Positions 9,367-18,977 of a stretch of 64,000 bases of DNA are shown here, in pieces. The DNA is taken from positions 21,631 to 85,630 of the forward strand of contig JBNKUV010000104.1 of the NCBI GenBank assembly GCA_050298815.1, given 5' to 3'. The notes under the pieces were generated by a model, which saw only the letters and a list, made by a program, of their open reading frames with translations, had not been told where the DNA came from and did not search any database. The position numbers and the translations under genes were made by a program. This DNA comes from Polyangiaceae bacterium (lineage in GTDB: Bacteria; Myxococcota_A; Polyangia; Polyangiales; Polyangiaceae). How positions within the stretch are numbered: the first letter of the stretch is position 1; every line of letters begins with the position of its first letter.

Positions 9367-10464
9367 ATGATGAACCTCCGAGGGTTGGTTGCGGTCGCCG
9401 TGGGAGGGGCGGCGTCGTTGCTTTCGTTTGCCGCTGCCGCACTGCCGGGTACCCATCCCGATCCGGTTTCGACGTTCGATACACGAGGCTCCACCGTCGT
9501 TCTCGGGTACCGCCAAGGCGTTGTTTTCGACGGGACTTCGCGTGTGTTCAGCTACAACGCCAACTTCACGGCGACATCGGGTAACTTCAGTGCGCAGTTC
9601 GGAGCTCACTACATTCAGCTCAAGCTGTCGCCAGACAAGTTGATGATGCACGGTGCGGCGGCGAACGGAACTGCACTGTTTAGCTTGCCGTTGAGCGATC
9701 GGCATCCCAACGGCGTACCCATCACGGCGTTGAACATGTATCTGGGTGCCGTGCCCACCGCCGCAATCAGCGGACCAGAGAACTTCATGAGCGTACCTGT
9801 CAACGTGGGGGTTGGCGTGTCGATTTCTCCGGTGGGATGGTTCACCCTCACGCCGTGGTTCGAAGGTGCCCCGAGTATCAACTTGGACACCAAGATCTCG
9901 GATCTCGACTTCACGGTAGCGCTACGGGAAAATATCGAGGCTGCAGATCTCGAAGCCTCCAACGAAATCACCGTATTGACCCGGGAGGACATCAACCAGG
10001 TGCTGCAGGAAAGCGTGCAGCTCGAGTTCAGCACCCATCTTGCGCTGCGTGGTGGTCTATCCGGCGTCGTGCACCTCGGGTCGACGTGGGATTTGAACCT
10101 GTACGCGACCGCGACGAGCTTCGGCTCCACCTTCGACGGCCAGTTCATCGTGCAGGCGGGGCTCGGAGTCGGCTTTCATTGGGATGACGTCGTGCCCGAG
10201 GTGTTGCCGGCACCGCAGCGCCTGAAGAACGAAAGCTGTGAGGATATCGAGCAACGTTACATGGCGTGTCCCGGATTCAAGAAACAGCGGCAATCGAACA
10301 CAAGCGATCCGGTACCGGCGACACCACCCGCCGCATCGACGAGCCCACAGCCACCCGCACAGCTGCCCACTCAGCCGCCCACTGCAACACCTCCTGCAGA
10401 TCCTCCACCGCCGCCCCCTGGGCCTCCTGATGGTTCCAATGTTCCGTCCCCATCACCGTTCTAG
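9367..10464 (+). CDS. Secreted hypothetical protein, possibly beta-rich or outer-membrane, with a Pro-rich C-terminal tail
   Basis: Signal-peptide-like N-terminus (LVAVAVGGAASLLSFAAAA), alternating beta-like segments, and a C-terminal PATPPAASTSPQPPAQLPTQPPTATPPADPPPPPPGPP tail. Confidence 0.5.
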   Translation: MMNLRGLVAVAVGGAASLLSFAAAALPGTHPDPVSTFDTRGSTVVLGYRQGVVFDGTSRVFSYNANFTATSGNFSAQFGAHYIQLKLSPDKLMMHGAAANGTALFSLPLSDRHPNGVPITALNMYLGAVPTAAISGPENFMSVPVNVGVGVSISPVGWFTLTPWFEGAPSINLDTKISDLDFTVALRENIEAADLEASNEITVLTREDINQVLQESVQLEFSTHLALRGGLSGVVHLGSTWDLNLYATATSFGSTFDGQFIVQAGLGVGFHWDDVVPEVLPAPQRLKNESCEDIEQRYMACPGFKKQRQSNTSDPVPATPPAASTSPQPPAQLPTQPPTATPPADPPPPPPGPPDGSNVPSPSPF

Positions 10465-10521
10465 GGGACGAGCGTTTGACACTGCTCGGCTGACACTCGA
10501 AACTGCAACCGGAGGTAATAA

Positions 10522-11904
<1,383 letters not shown>

Positions 11905-12009
11905 GCCCAAGGCGATCAAGCGTGCTAGTGACGCCGCGTGCCTCGCGTCTGGACAGCACCCATCGCCAGCGACTCGCCGCGCTCTCAAAGAGTCGGACCG
12001 CTGTTGGGG

Positions 12010-13146
12010 ATGCACTACTTCGTGTTCTTTGCCGCGATGGGAACCTATTTCCCCTACATGCCGTCCTGGATGCAGGCGCGGGGGCTGCCTGGATACCAGA
12101 TAGGCATCATCACCTCCCTCTTGCCAGCCATGGCCGTCTTGTCACCGCCGCTGACGGGGATGCTGGCCGACGCCCTCGCTTTGAGGGGGGGCCTCATGCG
12201 GGTGTGCGCGGTCGCCTCAGCACTCTCGCTGGCAGCACTGGCCTGGTCCCTCTTGGAGCAAGCGACTCTCGGTTTCGGGTTCCTTTTCGCTTGTATCTTC
12301 GGGTTTACGTTCTTCCGCAGCCCGGTGTCGCAGCTGGCCGACGTGATGACGCTCGAACACGCGGGCAGCTACGGCCGGATCCGAGTGTGGGGCTCGATCG
12401 GCTTCATGGTGTCCGCGCCACTCGCTGGACGTTTCATCCCGCTCTCGCCGGCGTATGCCGTGCCTCTCGCGTGCACCATTGGATGTATCGTCCTTGCCGT
12501 CGTCAGCTTCTGGCTGCCGAAGCGCGCGAGTTTGGGACCTGCGCCAGCGTTGTCCGAGGCCAAGCGGTTACTAGGAGACTCGGGCTTTCGTTGGCTACTG
12601 GCTTCGGCGGCCGTAGGCCAGGCGTCCCACGCCGCCTATGACCTCTGCGTATCGATGCACCTTGGGAGCCTGGGTGCCTCGGGTACGGTGATTGGAAGTG
12701 CATGGGCGATTGCTACCGGAGGCGAAGTGGTGCTGATGGTCGTCTCTCCCTGGCTGTTCAAGCGCGCGTTGATCCCGTGGTGGTTGGTGCTCGCGTTGGG
12801 AGCGGCTGCGTGTCGTTGGGCTTTGCTCGCTTCGGTGAACGACGTAGGCACCATCTTGCTCAGCCAACCCCTCCACGGCCTCACCTTCGGCTTGCGTTGG
12901 GTGTGCTACCTCACGCTGGTTCGTTCGTTCGCGTCGCCGAACACGATGGCGACGGCTCAAGGTCTGTTCCTGGGTTCGTTCTCGGCGGGCGGAGTTCTGG
13001 GCATGCTCGTTTGGGGCGCAACGTACGATGAGCACCACGGCGCCGGCGTGTTCGCCGCAGCCACCGTCGTCGCGTTGCTAGCGACGGCACTGACTCTACC
13101 TGTTCTCCGCTCCCGTCAAGCGCGCGGCAGCACTGCCGTGGCCTAG
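12010..13146 (+). CDS. MFS transporter
   Basis: About 12 hydrophobic segments. MHYFVFFAAMGTYFPYMPSWMQARGL is a typical MFS N-terminus. The track ORF starts at a GTG at 11938; the ATG at 12010 is preferred. Confidence 0.75.
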   Translation: MHYFVFFAAMGTYFPYMPSWMQARGLPGYQIGIITSLLPAMAVLSPPLTGMLADALALRGGLMRVCAVASALSLAALAWSLLEQATLGFGFLFACIFGFTFFRSPVSQLADVMTLEHAGSYGRIRVWGSIGFMVSAPLAGRFIPLSPAYAVPLACTIGCIVLAVVSFWLPKRASLGPAPALSEAKRLLGDSGFRWLLASAAVGQASHAAYDLCVSMHLGSLGASGTVIGSAWAIATGGEVVLMVVSPWLFKRALIPWWLVLALGAAACRWALLASVNDVGTILLSQPLHGLTFGLRWVCYLTLVRSFASPNTMATAQGLFLGSFSAGGVLGMLVWGATYDEHHGAGVFAAATVVALLATALTLPVLRSRQARGSTAVA

Positions 13147-13374
13147 CGGTGTTGCTCGTCTGCTGGTCTGCTCGTGGTCTAGAGCTGCGTTGCGGTGTTG
13201 CGGGGGCGCGAGAGGGATTCGGCAACGCGCATTCCATCATTCCATCGGAGGAGGAGGCGCACGCGATGCGAATTCAGGCCCCACGGGTCCTGAATTCGAC
13301 ACCCGCGACCCATGACTCAGCCGCTCACGGAGAAGGCGCAGTACCGTCGCGTCCTGGCGGACGTGCGTGCCAGG

Positions 13375-14537
13375 CACGCTGGGAACGGTCAGACCGTTCT
13401 ACGCGGCAACGGTCAGACCGTTGTTCGGGTCGCTGTGGGAACGGTCCGACCGTTCCCTCGACAACGGTCAGACCGTTGTTTGTGTCGACAGCGTGTCATC
13501 GTACGCGGGGCGTCGTCGAGTGGGGAGAGTGCGGTAACTGACTGAAAGTAATTGGGAATGTGTGTGGAATGTCGCGCTGGGGTATCGTTGCTTCGCGAGG
13601 TCGTGGCTCCTCTCTTGGATCGGGGAACGGTCGGACCGTTGTCCCGAGCGGAGAGGGCGGTCGCGGCGTCCACGGCTCCCGAACCATCCGAATGCTGGCC
13701 ACGGCCGCCGCATCGACGACGCCAAAGGCGAAAAAGCATGTCGGCGGTGTCGAGACGCTGCTCGCGGAGGGGCCTGCCAACCCGCTGGGAACGGTCAGAC
13801 CGTTGTGCGCGGCAACGGTCTGACCGTTGTTCGGGTCGCTGTGGGAACTGTCCGACCGTTGTCTCGAGAACGGTCAGACCGTTGTTTGTGTTGACGGCGT
13901 GTCATCGTACGGCGGGCGTCATCGAGTGGGGAAACTAGTGGTAACTAGCTGAAACTAATTGTGAATGTGTGAAGAGCGTCGCGTCGCGGCATCGTTGCTT
14001 CGCGCTGTCGTGGCGTCTCCCTTGGGTCGGGGAACGGTCGGACCGTTCTTCCGAGTAGAGAGAGCGGTCGCGGCGTCCACGTCTCCGGAACCATCCGAAT
14101 GCTGGTCGCGGGCGCCGCATCGACGACGCCAAAGGCCAAAAGCATGTCGGCGGCGGCGAGAAGCTGCTCGCGGAGGTGCTTGCCAACCCGCTGGGAACGG
14201 TCAGACCGTTGTTTGTGTCGATTGCGTGTCATCGTACGGCGGGCGTCATCGAGTGGGGAGACTGCGGTAACTGACTGAAAGTAATTGGGAATATGTGAAA
14301 GATGTCGCACTGTGGCATCGTTGCTTCGCGAGGTCGTGGCGCCTCTGTTGGGTCGGGGAACGGTCGGACCGTTCCTCCGAGCAGAGAGGGTGGTCGCGGC
14401 GTCCACGTCTCCGGAACCATCCGAATGCTAGCCACGGCCGCCGCATCGAAGACGCCAAAGGCGACGAGCATGTCGGCGGCGGCGAGAAGCTGCTCGCGGA
14501 GGTGGCTGCCAACCCGCTGGGAACGGAGCTACGCATT
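13375..14537. repeat. Three tandem ~406-bp units carrying 12 copies of the dyad AACGGTC-N-GACCGTT
   Basis: Dyad centres are at 13391, 13415, 13447, 13470, 13632 / 13797, 13821, 13853, 13876, 14040 / 14203, 14366. The period is 406-408 bp. The third unit lacks about 80 bp. Stops occur in all frames. Confidence 0.9.
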
Positions 14538-14960
14538 CTTTCCAGCAAAGAGTTCGACGCCAGATCGCTACTCTGTGTGGTCTTCGCCGGTGACCGCCGT
14601 CTGCTCGACCGACTCGGGCACCGAGACCTACAACCCATCGAGAGTCGAATTCGGCGCCGCCTCTTACTTGAAGGGGCTCCCAGAGACGAAATGCTCGCCT
14701 GTCTCGACCACCCGCTGATGCAGCTGGCAACCCCGATCTCTCATCGCCACCGACGCGAAGGTCGCCATCGCCGAGCACTCCGCAGCCAACTACCGCAGCA
14801 GATGACCCACTGCGACGAGCTCTTCGCCACCATGCTCGACCGTGACGCCACCATCATCGACGCGGACCTCTTCTTCGATCACTACAAGCCAAAGCGCGCC
14901 AAGCGCCGAAAGAAACTAACCCTCAATTCGCGCGATCAGGCGACCATCAAAATTGCGTGA
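14440..14960 (+). pseudogene. ExeA/TniB-like transposition AAA ATPase relic (3' part, frameshifted, no Walker A)
   Basis: RIEDAK...ELRILSSKEFDARSLLCVVFAGDRRLLDRL...RIRRRLLLEG is in one frame. AGNPDL and LIATDAKVAIAEHSAANYR are in the two other frames. The reading then returns to the first frame (MTHCDELFATML...). That implies at least 3 frameshifts. Confidence 0.6.
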
Positions 14961-14974
14961 TCGCGCTCAAGGAA

Positions 14975-15610
14975 CTACGCCGCCGACTCACTGGGGTCTG
15001 TTCCTGTTGTATCGGGGAAGTACCAGGCATGGTTACTGTGGTAGTCCCATACAGCTGCAGCTGCTGCAGCGACCCCGATCGACGCGGCCGCGATCCAGTT
15101 TGGCGGCGCGAGCAGGAGCAGAGCGACAAGGAGCGTGATTAACAGGATGTTGCTTGTGAGCCACTGGACTTCTGTCTTGGTGCGCTTGTGGTCGGTACCT
15201 TCTAGGATGAAGAGCCATGCGGTGTCGGCGACCAGGACCAGCAGGAAGAGGAACAGGAATACGCCGACGGTTCCAATCGAGATCGCGGTGAGAAAGAAGA
15301 GGACCGATTGCGACAGAAACGCGAGCATGTCCCAGTGCCACTTGCGAGCGGTGCTCAGGGCGCGTAGGTGAATTACCGACCCGTGCGCGAACCGAGTTGT
15401 CGTGCACAAAAAGGCGACCAAAAGGCCGAGCTGATGAACCCGCCTGGCGTCGAACACACCCATGCCAAGCGAAGCTCCGTCGCCAGGTTGTGCAGTAAAG
15501 GTGCGCAGCAGCGACTCCGATATCGCCAGACCCAGAACGACCAAGTAGATGCGAGTAATCCCCTCGGTTGTCGCCTGCCTGACCATGTCGGGTCTGTGCA
15601 CCGGTGTCAT
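14975..15610 (-). CDS. Multi-pass membrane protein, hypothetical, coupled to the NDT-like gene
   Basis: 211 aa with 5-6 hydrophobic helices (e.g. MLAFLSQSVLFFLTAISIGTVGVFLFLFLLVLVADTAWLFIL, LTSNILLITLLVALLLLAP). Its ATG overlaps the upstream TGA (ATGA at 15607-15610). Confidence 0.7.
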   Translation of the reverse strand: MTPVHRPDMVRQATTEGITRIYLVVLGLAISESLLRTFTAQPGDGASLGMGVFDARRVHQLGLLVAFLCTTTRFAHGSVIHLRALSTARKWHWDMLAFLSQSVLFFLTAISIGTVGVFLFLFLLVLVADTAWLFILEGTDHKRTKTEVQWLTSNILLITLLVALLLLAPPNWIAAASIGVAAAAAAVWDYHSNHAWYFPDTTGTDPSESAA

Positions 15611-16080
15611 TCGGTGGACGCGGCCCAGCGCACAAGAGCCTTTTTAGAAGAAGAGAGTTCGTTGAGTGAACTATAGAAATAGTCCTGCCAGCTGATCTCC
15701 GGAAGACCGGCAAACACCATCAAGTTGAGAGGGTAGTCGGTGCTGTCCGAGCACCGCCGAAGGTCATCCCGAAAGAGGAACGTCGGCTTCTGAAGGGCAA
15801 TCGCAACGCCAAGCTCAACCATAACTCCTTCATCGGGAGGTGTACCATTGACAACGGCGAAGATCCCGTCGCATTCCTTGACGCCCTGAAGGTTTAGTTG
15901 CGCAACGGCGTAGGCCCACCCTGGTTCCCGAGCAACGAGGTGCTTAGTTCGCTCGAAGGGTTCCCACACCTCGAGTCCAAGAGCTTCGAGGGCTTCCTTC
16001 AGTCTCGGCAGGACCAGCGCGCTCGCTTGCTCTGAGAAACCATAGCTGTTCGCGAGATAGAGCTTCTTCTTTTCTGTCAC
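15607..16080 (-). CDS. Nucleoside 2-deoxyribosyltransferase-like (NDT/Rcl superfamily) protein
   Basis: KLYLANSYGF ... CDGIFAVVNGTPPDEGVMVELGVAIALQKPTFLF matches the NDT fold pattern, including the DxG..E.G catalytic-Glu segment. GTG start preceded by GGGAGG with a 4-nt spacer. Confidence 0.7.
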   Translation of the reverse strand: MTEKKKLYLANSYGFSEQASALVLPRLKEALEALGLEVWEPFERTKHLVAREPGWAYAVAQLNLQGVKECDGIFAVVNGTPPDEGVMVELGVAIALQKPTFLFRDDLRRCSDSTDYPLNLMVFAGLPEISWQDYFYSSLNELSSSKKALVRWAASTE

Positions 16081-16210
16081 GAAACCTCCCGGAGTGCAGG
16101 GTGAGCCACTGTACGCCCAGGTGTCAAGAATGAGGCGGGAACCAGAGGCGAATGTCTAGAAGAGCTAGACAAACGTGCGTAGTAGCGAACGAGGGTTGCC
16201 TGACCGTGAT

Positions 16211-16522
16211 GTCCGCCCAAACGAGGCCGTAGAAAATCCCACTTTGGCGTGAACGTCAACCTGCCCCCCGCCTCTCGGGCCCCCGCGCTCGATTTTCGTC
16301 GCCCTCGTGCCCGAGCCCTCCGCTGGGGCCACCCCGGTTCACCCGGGGCTGACGCGCTCACTGACGGTGCACTCTGGCGATCTTCTCGATGTTGTGAACG
16401 ATGGTGAAGAGCTGCCACTGGGCGTTCACCTTGAGTTGTCCACGCACCGTAAAGCGGCGCATGCCCTTGTTTTGGATGTTGCCGAAGACGTGTTCGACAG
16501 TGCCGATGCGTTTGCTGTAGAT
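16211..16522 (-). mobile_element. IS1182/IS5-superfamily right-end relic A (last ~55 transposase codons plus terminal region)
   Basis: Aligns by eye with 17978-18290 and 20091-20420. Encodes IYSKRIGTVEHVFGNIQNKGMRRFTVRGQLKVNAQWQLFTIVHNIEKIA. Confidence 0.75.
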
Positions 16523-16532
16523 TGTTGGGCAG

Positions 16533-17159
16533 CTACTCGCGGCTCGTGTCGTCCTCGACTTCGCGTTCTTGCCAGGCTTGGAAGCGTTCGTCCAGAACGT
16601 AGATGTTTAGGACAATTGCCTTGGTCAGCTCCAGCGCCGTTCGAGCTTCTTGTCGCTGAATGGTCGACGAACCGTGGACCGCGGTATTGCCGAAACGGCG
16701 CACTAACCGGTCTGCCCACGTGAACGTCCGTGCGTCGAGGATAGCGTCGGCTTCGAGCTGTCGGAGGTTCTTGTACAGCGACGTACCCTTCGCTCCCTTC
16801 TCGACACATAGCAACTCCAGTGTCCGGCGGCAGGTGATGACCGCCTGGCGATACTCGTGATGCCAGTGAAACGCGCGGTGCGCCTCAGCGTAGCTTTCGA
16901 TGATCGACTTGGGGACCGGCCAGCCCACGCCAGTCTCGTCTTTCGGATAAAGGTACTGAGGCGCCTGCCACTTTGTCAGGTCCGCTGCTGGTTCGCCGCG
17001 GTAGTGGACGAGGAAGTGAGTGCAACAAGCGGGGCAGGACAAGAACGCGATTTGTCCGGGTGGATCTTGGGAGACCACATCCACGCCGTGTCTAACTCCA
17101 CGAACGTGGGTCCTGCACGAGGTACAACGCACGATGTAGTCGGGGTCGGCAGTTATCAT
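16533..17159 (-). CDS. Zinc-ribbon plus DUF4145-like domain protein
   Basis: N-terminal CTSC...CPAC four-Cys ribbon. The C-terminal ESYAEAHRAF...CRRTLELL...ADRLVRRFGNTAVHG...ALELTKAIVLNIYV resembles the DUF4145 pattern (R..GN.AAH). Confidence 0.6.
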   Translation of the reverse strand: MITADPDYIVRCTSCRTHVRGVRHGVDVVSQDPPGQIAFLSCPACCTHFLVHYRGEPAADLTKWQAPQYLYPKDETGVGWPVPKSIIESYAEAHRAFHWHHEYRQAVITCRRTLELLCVEKGAKGTSLYKNLRQLEADAILDARTFTWADRLVRRFGNTAVHGSSTIQRQEARTALELTKAIVLNIYVLDERFQAWQEREVEDDTSRE

Positions 17160-17203
17160 TGGGCGAGCTATGGGGGTGGGGGAGAGCTGGCTCCAGTGGG
17201 GGG

Positions 17204-17845
17204 TTAGTACTGCCGAGTAGAGCCACCGCGCCCTCCAGCACCACCGCCACCGCCGTGGCTGTGGTTGACGGGGGGAGTAGCCGGCGGCGCGGGGAGCGCC
17301 GCAGCGTTGGGGGTCGTCGCAGCTTGGGGTTCTGGGATGTCAGGTGGCGCTGGCAACTGAGTCACGACTTGAAAGGGCACGGCGAGGTCGCCGCGAAGCA
17401 CATTGATTAGGCGCTTTCTTAGCTCGTGCTGATCCCGCTCTAGATCACTGTGCGCGCTGGGCAAGTACGTTTGATTCTTGAGATGGACCTTGTCAAAGTC
17501 GTAGCTTAGGGCTGATGCCATACGACCCAGCAATTCGATGAACAGGTCATCTGTCCTTGTGTGCCACGCTTGAGCGGAGCCGCTCGATGGCGTGTTCAAG
17601 TGGTCGAGGTACTCTTTCCAGGCAAGGGTTACAGGTCGGTCCTCGTAGAACTCGACGTCAATGAGGTTTAGAGCTTCGACATGTGGCGCGCTTAGCTTCT
17701 GAGCGCGAGTCGCCATCAGGGTTTTGAAGACGGCAAGCCGGCGATCACGGCGAACCTTACGATCATCAAGCCGTCGAGCAACCTGCACGGCGAGTATCGG
17801 GCCGAGCAACACTGCCATGATCATCACGGCGTCGGAAATGGTCAT
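17204..17845 (-). CDS. Single-pass membrane-anchored hypothetical protein with Pro/Gly-rich tail
   Basis: N-terminal TM (AVMIMAVLLGPILAVQVA) followed by a basic stretch. The soluble domain reads FKTLMATRAQKLSAPHVEALNLIDVEF... From memory it resembles DUF6680-type proteins; this was not checked. Confidence 0.5.
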   Translation of the reverse strand: MTISDAVMIMAVLLGPILAVQVARRLDDRKVRRDRRLAVFKTLMATRAQKLSAPHVEALNLIDVEFYEDRPVTLAWKEYLDHLNTPSSGSAQAWHTRTDDLFIELLGRMASALSYDFDKVHLKNQTYLPSAHSDLERDQHELRKRLINVLRGDLAVPFQVVTQLPAPPDIPEPQAATTPNAAALPAPPATPPVNHSHGGGGGAGGRGGSTRQY

Positions 17846-17977
17846 GTGGAAAGCGAATCAGATTTGCGTTGGAAGCGCAACTGTCCCGCCTATTGCCGCG
17901 ATAACATATCGACCTTGCTGGGGCAGGGAGCTTCGGAACCCCTCGTCGTCGCAGCCTGCCGCGAGCTGAATGGTGAA

Positions 17978-18977
17978 GTCTGCCCAACGAGGCCGTAGAA
18001 AGACCCACTTTGGCGAAAACGTCAACCTCCCCCCCGCCCCCTCGGGCCCCGCGCTCGGTTTTCTTCGCCCCGTGGCCCCAGCTCCTTCGGATGGGCCACC
18101 CCGGTTCACCCGGGGCTGACGCCCTCACTCACGGTGCACTCTTGGCAATCTTCTCGATGTTGTGAACGATGGTGAAGAGCTGCCACTGGGCGTTCACCTT
18201 GAGTGGTCCACGCAGTGTGAAGCGGCGCATGCCCCTGCTTTGGATGCTGCCGAAGACGGGTTCGACAGTGCCGATGCGTTTACTGTAGATGGCGCGGCCA
18301 ACGGGCGTGTCGAACTTCCTGCGCATGCGCTGGACGGCTGCATTCGAGGTGGCCTTTGTCGCGGGCGCTGGTCCGACTCGCTCCTTGACGACCGTGAGCT
18401 GGCGCTGCTTGGTAAGTTCGGGATGGCGTAAGCATTGGCTCCGCAGCGGGCAACCTCGGCATGCGGTGATGGGTGCTTTGAAGTGAGCGACGCGGTAACC
18501 ATTGAACAGCATGTCTGTGCCGCTCTTGTAGAGCTTGTGGCCAGCGGGGCAGAAGCAGGTTTCGTTCTGTTCATCGTAGACGAAGTCCTCGAGCGTGAAC
18601 TGCTTCTTGGGTAGCTTCGGCCGTGCCTCGCGTTCGCGACGACGCTTCAACGCGCGCTCCTTGAGGCTTCGCTGCTTGTGGCGGGTGGTGTCGGCAAATG
18701 CCGGATCGCGGCGGCGGAAGTCGCGATCGGCGATGTAGGCGTCGGCGCCGGTCTTCTCGACGGCGGTGAGGGCGACCTTGCTGTGGAAGCCGCTGTCAGC
18801 GGTCAATTTGGCTTTGTCGAAAAGATCGACATCGGGGTTGCCTGTCCGCCGAGGCGTGGCAGCCGCTGCCGCATGGGGCTGCAACGTCTGCGTTTGGACG
18901 CAAATAGCCACGGTCCGTGCGAGGTTTGTAGAATCCACCATTGACGGGCCCGGATGCGCGGCGGAGAGTTTGCGCAT
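17978..18977 (-). mobile_element. IS1182/IS5-superfamily relic B (3' ~850 bp of the transposase gene plus right end; 5' part missing)
   Basis: ORF 18129..18977: LTADSGFHSK...GADAYIADRD (DDE region), Cys-rich CPAGHKLY...CRGCPLRSQC, and C-terminal MRRFTLRGPLKVNAQWQLFTIVHNIEKIAK. At 282 aa it is too short for a full transposase. Confidence 0.8.

Noticed and set aside
13270-13297. Hairpin GAATTCAGG-N10-CCTGAATTC downstream of the MFS gene, as a distinct element.
   Set aside because: It is a single isolated dyad 120 bp after the stop, with no U-tract and no repeats of it elsewhere in the window. It may be a terminator or the edge of the inserted array, but it cannot be supported as a feature.
13312-13545. 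ORFs crossing the dyad clusters (e.g. MTQPLTEKAQYRRVLADVRARHAGNGQTVLRGNGQTVV…), read as a repeat protein.
   Set aside because: The frames are interrupted by stops within each unit. The repeated peptide (NGQTV) merely reflects the DNA dyad. There is no SD and the frame is not conserved between units.
13375-14537. Could the repeat array be a CRISPR array?
   Set aside because: The units are about 406 bp and nearly identical throughout. There is no alternation of short repeats (24-48 bp) with unique spacers, no cas genes are nearby, and the short dyads are irregularly spaced (23-32 bp) with conserved rather than unique spacers between units.
16211-16522. IS relics A and C as copies of a ~320-bp MITE.
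   Set aside because: The inner borders (16522 and ~20420) do not carry the inverted complement of the outer terminus (GTCYGCC…CGAGGCCG), so no second inverted repeat is visible. The possibility is kept only as an alternative in the findings.
18766-18975. Upstream extension of the SLOG/TIR-like ORF (track start 18766).
   Set aside because: The extension is antisense to the transposase relic and has no domain-like sequence. The ATG at 18976 has a GGAGAG SD and starts exactly at the Rossmann beta-1 strand (MRIAVLGS).
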